From: a virus
Taxonomy: Duplodnaviria; Caudoviricetes
Virus record (IMG/VR): IMGVR_UViG_3300022177_000073
Span: 1-48,683 of that record
DNA length: 48,683 nt
Direction: 5' to 3' (one strand)
The notes beneath the pieces were generated by a model, which saw only the letters and a program-made list of their open reading frames with translations, ran no database searches and was not told where the DNA came from. Shown piece after piece: positions 43,845-48,683 of the stretch (the stretch's first letter is position 1; every line of letters begins with the position of its first letter). The position numbers were made by a program, and so were the translations under genes.

Positions 43845-46309
43845 GGGATAAACTGAAAGGCAAACGTATTATGGTGTGGACATTTATGGGTAATTCCAGA
43901 ATGTATGAAGCCTTGCGTGATTACGGTGACCGAATTGATACTATCGGTCTGTTTTCTTTTAAGGTAGATAAGACAGGAACGATTACCGAAAGCGGCGTTC
44001 CCATCAGCAATATGCTGACCTACATCAACAAATGGCCACATATCCGATGGTTGCTTACTGTTGCTAACGATGGTGCAAATTCCATCTTTAAGGCTTTGCG
44101 TGATAACACGGACGGTGCACAGGATAAGTTCTGCTCTGAACTTGTGCGTATCATGGAAAAGTATCCGTGGTGCAATGGTGTGGATATCGACCTGGAAAAA
44201 GGAGATGATTATTCCACCCACGCAGTATCCACGGCTATGTTCAAGCATATCTATGAAACGGTCAAAGCCTACGACTCCACCAAGGAGATGAACATCTGCC
44301 TTCCCGGTATGACTTCCGTCAACGGCTCGGTGGGTGGAGAGAATTGGTGCGTGTATGGTGACCTTGATAAATACTGCGATACAGCATCTATTATGAGTTA
44401 CGGTATGGCTTGGGCGGGTTCTGCTCCCGGTCCTGTTTCTCCGAGGAGCTGGCTTGAGGGTATTTATGATTATGCTACGCAGGTGATGAACCCCGACAAG
44501 GTATTCCTCGGTATGCCCGCTTACGGTTGGAACTGGCAGATTTACGATACGCCGGAGAACCTTGGGAAATATTATCGTGGTACATCTAACACTTATTACG
44601 CCGCAAAATACTGGATGCAGGGTGTCTATAATTTTACCGATGATGCACCTCCACAGCCATTTATTCCTATCGTTTCCTATTGGGATGACTACGATATGGG
44701 ACCATGGGCATTGCCTCATGTGTACGATTATATGGAAGGCAGGGATGCCGTTTATAAGGAATACCCACAGATGTCAGAAACCTATAACCGCAGACGATAT
44801 CTGACTGCCTATGCCAAGCAACAAAAAGCGGAGTTTGGAGAAATCATCATTGACCACGATGCCGAGCCGGACAGCTATGAAGGAGTGGTTTCGGTATCGA
44901 AAACACTGGTCACTTTAGGTGATGAGGGTTCTGCTACCTACAATTTTACGATTGATGAGGCAGGAACTTATGATGTGGCGGTTCGTCTGTGTTACCCATT
45001 CTGGGATAAAAACAGCATATATGCATCTCTTGACGGCAGTACAGTTCATTTCTCTGAAAACAGGCTGTGGTGGCCATATTGGAGGACTACCTTCTGGACG
45101 ACACTTGCCAAGGGAGTAAAACTTTCTGCAGGAGAGCATACGCTGACCATTTCCGTTGGTGTAAACGGCGTGCAGTTTTATGGTTTCCGCATCTGTTCTG
45201 ATTTTTCTGAAGAACCTACAGCGGGAGAAGCGGAATATACCCTTGCTCCACGAAAGTTCAAGGATGTAAACGGAGATATGGTGGGGCCGGCGACAGGCTT
45301 CAAGCTGACATTGGAAATGCTCCGCAGAAAACCTGACTCGGCTCTCGTTTGGTACGAGGACTTCCGTGATGAAGAAAAAATACCGGAAAGCTACTGGACA
45401 GTTCTCTCTGGTGAGTGGGATGTGTGGCAAGACCCGGAAAGCACGGCAAACCGACCGTATTCACAGCTTGAGGGTTACGGTCAGCTTGCATGGAACTATA
45501 GTAGTTTTTCTGATATTCACCTTCGTGCGCAGATTATCTTTCCAGTGAATGGTGGCGGTAAAGCGGGCATCTTCCTTGGTTCATTGTTTTGCTGCCTTAA
45601 CTATGATACACAGCGTTTGGAGTTGTATGATGGCTCTACGCTGAAAGGCAGTTACTCCATGACAATTTCAAAAACTTCCAAGGCTGACCTTCGCAGCAAT
45701 CCAAATGTTTACACCATTGAATTGCGTAAGCGTGGAAACAAGGTAAGAGTGTATTCCTCTACATCCAATACGCTGCGATTTACTGCGACGGTAAGTGGTG
45801 GCGGTGGGTATGCGGGGATTCGTTCTGAAAATCAAATCAACTGTCAATTGCTCCGTTTAGGAGATGCCTGGACGTATGAGCCATATGAGAGATTTGATGT
45901 TGTAATGCCGGATGGAACGGAAACTTCCTACGGCAGAATTGAGAGAAGTAACTGCACATGGGATGATGAGTTCCAGGTCTTTACGCTGACTTCCGATGTG
46001 GAGGAATACTCCACACGCAGCGAAGATATTTCACTGGACTACGAATTTTATCATTCCCACATCATGCCGTTGGAGTGTGGCTATGATTACAGAACAAAAA
46101 TCATCCCAAGGGATATCAATATCTGGATTTCCAGACTGTTCCTTGGGGATTCGGACGGCTTTTCCATTCTGTACTATCAGGATGTGGACAGCCTGATCTA
46201 TTGGGCGAACCAGGCGGCGTATCGTTGGAAACTGCGAGGGATGTGTATGTGGTCCCTTGGGCAGGAAGATATGCGAGTGTGGGAATGGCTGCCCAAACAA
46301 ACTGAATAA
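43841..46309 (+). CDS. Glycoside hydrolase family 18 protein with large inserted domains
   Basis: Catalytic GVDIDLE (DxDxE), IMSYG, KVFLGMPAYGWNW; barrel end LRGMCMWSLGQED at the extreme C-terminus. Confidence 0.85.
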   Translation: MRDKLKGKRIMVWTFMGNSRMYEALRDYGDRIDTIGLFSFKVDKTGTITESGVPISNMLTYINKWPHIRWLLTVANDGANSIFKALRDNTDGAQDKFCSELVRIMEKYPWCNGVDIDLEKGDDYSTHAVSTAMFKHIYETVKAYDSTKEMNICLPGMTSVNGSVGGENWCVYGDLDKYCDTASIMSYGMAWAGSAPGPVSPRSWLEGIYDYATQVMNPDKVFLGMPAYGWNWQIYDTPENLGKYYRGTSNTYYAAKYWMQGVYNFTDDAPPQPFIPIVSYWDDYDMGPWALPHVYDYMEGRDAVYKEYPQMSETYNRRRYLTAYAKQQKAEFGEIIIDHDAEPDSYEGVVSVSKTLVTLGDEGSATYNFTIDEAGTYDVAVRLCYPFWDKNSIYASLDGSTVHFSENRLWWPYWRTTFWTTLAKGVKLSAGEHTLTISVGVNGVQFYGFRICSDFSEEPTAGEAEYTLAPRKFKDVNGDMVGPATGFKLTLEMLRRKPDSALVWYEDFRDEEKIPESYWTVLSGEWDVWQDPESTANRPYSQLEGYGQLAWNYSSFSDIHLRAQIIFPVNGGGKAGIFLGSLFCCLNYDTQRLELYDGSTLKGSYSMTISKTSKADLRSNPNVYTIELRKRGNKVRVYSSTSNTLRFTATVSGGGGYAGIRSENQINCQLLRLGDAWTYEPYERFDVVMPDGTETSYGRIERSNCTWDDEFQVFTLTSDVEEYSTRSEDISLDYEFYHSHIMPLECGYDYRTKIIPRDINIWISRLFLGDSDGFSILYYQDVDSLIYWANQAAYRWKLRGMCMWSLGQEDMRVWEWLPKQTE

Positions 46310-46316
46310 CGGCTTG

Positions 46317-46350
46317 AAGGGTATCTGCCAATGTGGTGGGTGCCCTTTTT
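46317..46350 (+). terminator. Intrinsic terminator-like hairpin
   Basis: AAGGGTATCTGCCA-ATG-TGGTGGGTGCCCTT followed by Ts. Confidence 0.55.
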
Positions 46351-46384
46351 GCATACAAAAATTAATGAAAGCGAGGATTTTACT

Positions 46385-46807
46385 ATGAAGGATTTATGGA
46401 ACACCATTCAAATCATCTTTACTGCCCTTGGCGGCTGGCTCGGTTGGTTCTTGGGAGGCTTTGACGGTCTTCTCTATGCATTGGTGGCGTTCGTGGTTGT
46501 GGACTACATCACGGGAGTCATGTGTGCCATTGCAGATAAGAACCTTTCCAGTTCCGTTGGTTTCAAGGGTATCTGCCGTAAGGTGTTGATTTTCACTTTG
46601 GTAGGCATTGCACATATCATCGACGCCAATGTCATCGGTGACGGCAGTGTACTCAGAACGGCGGTTATTTTCTTCTACCTCTCCAATGAGGGCGTAAGCC
46701 TTTTGGAAAATGCATCCCATCTTGGTTTGCCGATTCCGGAGAAGATGAAGGATATCCTGGAGCAACTCCATAACCGTGCAGAAAATACGGAAAGTGAGGA
46801 CAAGTAA
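46385..46807 (+). CDS. Phage holin (toxin secretion/phage lysis family)
   Basis: LGGFD...DYITG...SSVGFKGICRK...NEGVSLLEN...LGLPIP. Confidence 0.92.
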   Translation: MKDLWNTIQIIFTALGGWLGWFLGGFDGLLYALVAFVVVDYITGVMCAIADKNLSSSVGFKGICRKVLIFTLVGIAHIIDANVIGDGSVLRTAVIFFYLSNEGVSLLENASHLGLPIPEKMKDILEQLHNRAENTESEDK

Positions 46808-46808
46808 T

Positions 46809-47753
46809 ATGAACTTACACAAACTTATTTTAACGGAAAATGCCTGCTACAAGGCAGGCAAGAAAATCACGGTCAAAGGCATCATGGTTCATTCCACTGG
46901 TGCTAATAACCCGAACCTGAAACGCTATGTGGGTCCCGATGATGGTCTGCTTGGTAAAAATCAGTACGGCAATCACTGGAATACTTATCATCCCGGTGGC
47001 AGAGAGGTTTGCGTTCATGCCTTTATCGGCAAGTTGGCTGACGGCACTATCGCAACCTATCAGACACTCCCTTGGAATCATCGTGGATGGCACGCCGGAG
47101 GCAGTGCAAACAACACTCATATCGGTTTTGAAATCTGTGAGGACGGTCTTACGGATTACGCCTACTTTAAGAAGGTGTACCGTGAGGCCGTTGAACTTTG
47201 CGCCTACCTCTGTAAGGAGTACGGTTTGACCGAACAGAACATCATCTGCCACTCCGAAGGTTACAAGCAGGGCGTGGCATCCAACCACGGCGATGTGATG
47301 CACTGGTTTCCAAAGCACGGCAAGAGCATGGATACCTTCCGTGCCGAGGTCAAGGCACTCCTGGCGACTACCGATGAGGAGGAAACCGAAACTCCTGCAG
47401 AGCCTACGGTGACATATCCCGAAAAGCTGACTACTGGTTATTACCGTGTGCGTAAGGATTGGAAGGACAGCAAGTCCCAGGTGGGTGCTTACCGTATTCT
47501 CTCCAATGCAAAGGCGGCGGCAGATAAGAACCCAGGAACTTTTGTTTTTGCAAATGACGGCACTGCCATTTATCCTGCCGACAGCACAGCCGAGCCGGAT
47601 TACCGTGTCCATACGGTTGTGAAGGGCGATACCCTTTGGGATATTGCCGTGAAATATCTCGGCAAAGGCAGCAGATACACCGAAATTAAGAAACTGAATG
47701 GACTTTCTTCCAATGTGATTTATAGCGGTTGGAAACTCAAAATTCCGAACTAA
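46809..47753 (+). CDS. Endolysin: N-acetylmuramoyl-L-alanine amidase + C-terminal LysM
   Basis: IMVHSTG, WHAG, IGFEICE, IICHSE; LysM HTVVKGDTLWDIA...IYSGWKLKIP. Confidence 0.92.
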   Translation: MNLHKLILTENACYKAGKKITVKGIMVHSTGANNPNLKRYVGPDDGLLGKNQYGNHWNTYHPGGREVCVHAFIGKLADGTIATYQTLPWNHRGWHAGGSANNTHIGFEICEDGLTDYAYFKKVYREAVELCAYLCKEYGLTEQNIICHSEGYKQGVASNHGDVMHWFPKHGKSMDTFRAEVKALLATTDEEETETPAEPTVTYPEKLTTGYYRVRKDWKDSKSQVGAYRILSNAKAAADKNPGTFVFANDGTAIYPADSTAEPDYRVHTVVKGDTLWDIAVKYLGKGSRYTEIKKLNGLSSNVIYSGWKLKIPN

Positions 47754-47757
47754 CACG

Positions 47758-47798
47758 ATGCCCTTTGAGGATTTTTCCTTGAAGGGCATTATTTTTTT
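47758..47798 (+). terminator. Intrinsic terminator after the lysis cassette
   Basis: ATGCCCTTTGAGGA...TCCTTGAAGGGCAT followed by TATTTTTTT. Confidence 0.75.
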
Positions 47799-47804
47799 GC
47801 CTTG

Positions 47805-47847
47805 AGGGGGTTCGATTCAGCCTGTCTTTTCGCATATAGGCAGAGGG
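47805..47847 (+). promoter_or_regulatory. 43-bp repeated motif, copy 3
   Basis: AGGGGGTTCGATTCAGCCTGTCTTTTCGCATATAGGCAGAGGG, just past the terminator and upstream of the recombinase module. Confidence 0.7.
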
Positions 47848-47883
47848 AACATTTCCACCGTTCCCCGGACTGGAGGAATCACA

Positions 47884-48099
47884 ATGGAAGTAAAACAGAT
47901 TGAGAATTTTAAGATACCTAACGCCGTTGCACACGAAATCACACAGGAAGAGCTTCAGCGAGAATTTGACTATTACAGGGCACAGCAGGTGCTTGAAACC
48001 ATGTTCCTGTTCGGCATGATTTCTGTGGATGAATTCCACAAAATATCGGCTTATAATCGCAAAACTTTCTCCCCATTTCTGGCGGAGATTATGGGCTAA
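47884..48099 (+). CDS. Small SHOCT-like protein preceding the recombinase
   Basis: GGAGG RBS; GMISVDEFHKI SHOCT-like motif. Confidence 0.7.
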   Translation: MEVKQIENFKIPNAVAHEITQEELQREFDYYRAQQVLETMFLFGMISVDEFHKISAYNRKTFSPFLAEIMG

Positions 48100-48161
48100 A
48101 TGACTTGATAGTTCCGCAATAGTACGGGAATATATCACTACCCAAAAAGCGAGGTGAGTTG

Positions 48162-48683
48162 ATGAAAAGGATAACAAAAATCGGAGTAAATGAAACCCTG
48201 ATTCAAAAGAAAAAGCTGAAGGTTGCAGCCTACTGCCGTGTATCCACAGCCAGTGATGAGCAGCTTATCAGCCTTGAGGCACAGAAGGCCCACTATGAAA
48301 ACTACATCCGTTCCAATGACGAATGGGAGTATGTGGGTCTTTACTATGACGAAGGAATCACGGGTACAAAAAAGGATGTCCGTGCCGGACTTCTTTCTAT
48401 GATTGCTGATTGTGAGGACGGCAAGATAGAGTTCATCATTACCAAGTCTATCAGCCGATTTGCGAGAAATACTACAGACTGCTTGGAGATGGTGCGAAAA
48501 CTGACAGATCTGGGCATTTCCATTTTCTTTGAAAAAGAGAATATCAATACAGGTTCGATGGAAAGTGAATTGATGCTCTCCATTTTAAGTGGGCTTGCAG
48601 AAAGTGAGTCAATTTCCATTTCAGAGAATACGAAGTGGGCCATTCAAAGACGATTTCAAAACGGAACCTTTATAATTTCCTAC
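48162..48683 (+). CDS. Large serine recombinase (integrase), truncated by the window edge; absent from the ORF track
   Basis: Hand translation: MKRITKI...KVAAYCRVST...YYDEGITGT...IITKSISRFARN...FEKENINT...LAESES.SISEN; GAGGTG RBS. Confidence 0.92.
   Translation, partial: MKRITKIGVNETLIQKKKLKVAAYCRVSTASDEQLISLEAQKAHYENYIRSNDEWEYVGLYYDEGITGTKKDVRAGLLSMIADCEDGKIEFIITKSISRFARNTTDCLEMVRKLTDLGISIFFEKENINTGSMESELMLSILSGLAESESISISENTKWAIQRRFQNGTFIISY

Larger units (their letters stand above)
8403..48683 (+). mobile_element. Temperate siphovirus prophage (PolA/VapE replication, HK97 head, large serine recombinase); boundaries not resolved
   Basis: Ordered control, replication, packaging, head, tail, lysis and recombinase modules. 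No att site was identified. The defence island at 1-8380 may be prophage cargo. Confidence 0.9.

Noticed and set aside
39773-46309. Diversity-generating retroelement or invertible tail cassette
   Set aside because: No reverse transcriptase, no near-identical TR/VR pair and no inverted gene segments were seen.

Overview
The window holds a nearly complete Firmicutes (probably Clostridia-type) siphovirus prophage. Every convincing gene is on the + strand. The left end (1-8380) is a defence island: a PLD-family nuclease, a small HTH controller, two C5 methyltransferases and an LlaJI/McrBC-like GTPase-nuclease pair. Next come an ImmA/IrrE peptidase-HTH fusion and an orphan gene. A structured leader then precedes a sigma70 region-4 protein and the replication module (Cas4-like DUF2800, DUF2815 SSB, PolA, antirepressor, VapE, VRR-NUC, SNF2). 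The packaging module is interrupted between terS and terL by a SAM synthetase and two methyltransferases. HK97-type head, tail (with a -1 frameshift, LamG-Tal and GH18) and lysis genes follow, and a large serine recombinase runs off the right edge. Most notable: (i) an RBS-bearing gene overprinted inside the phage C5 MTase, resembling the M.EcoHK31I beta subunit, next to about 7 tandem TRD-like modules; (ii) a 43-bp motif present three times with identical spacing, probably promoters for the phage sigma-like protein; (iii) an apparently CI-less control region with a twice-repeated palindrome and an attenuator-like leader RNA; (iv) an internal strong RBS predicting an McrB(S)-like short isoform. 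All calls come from reading motifs by eye; no database searches were run.
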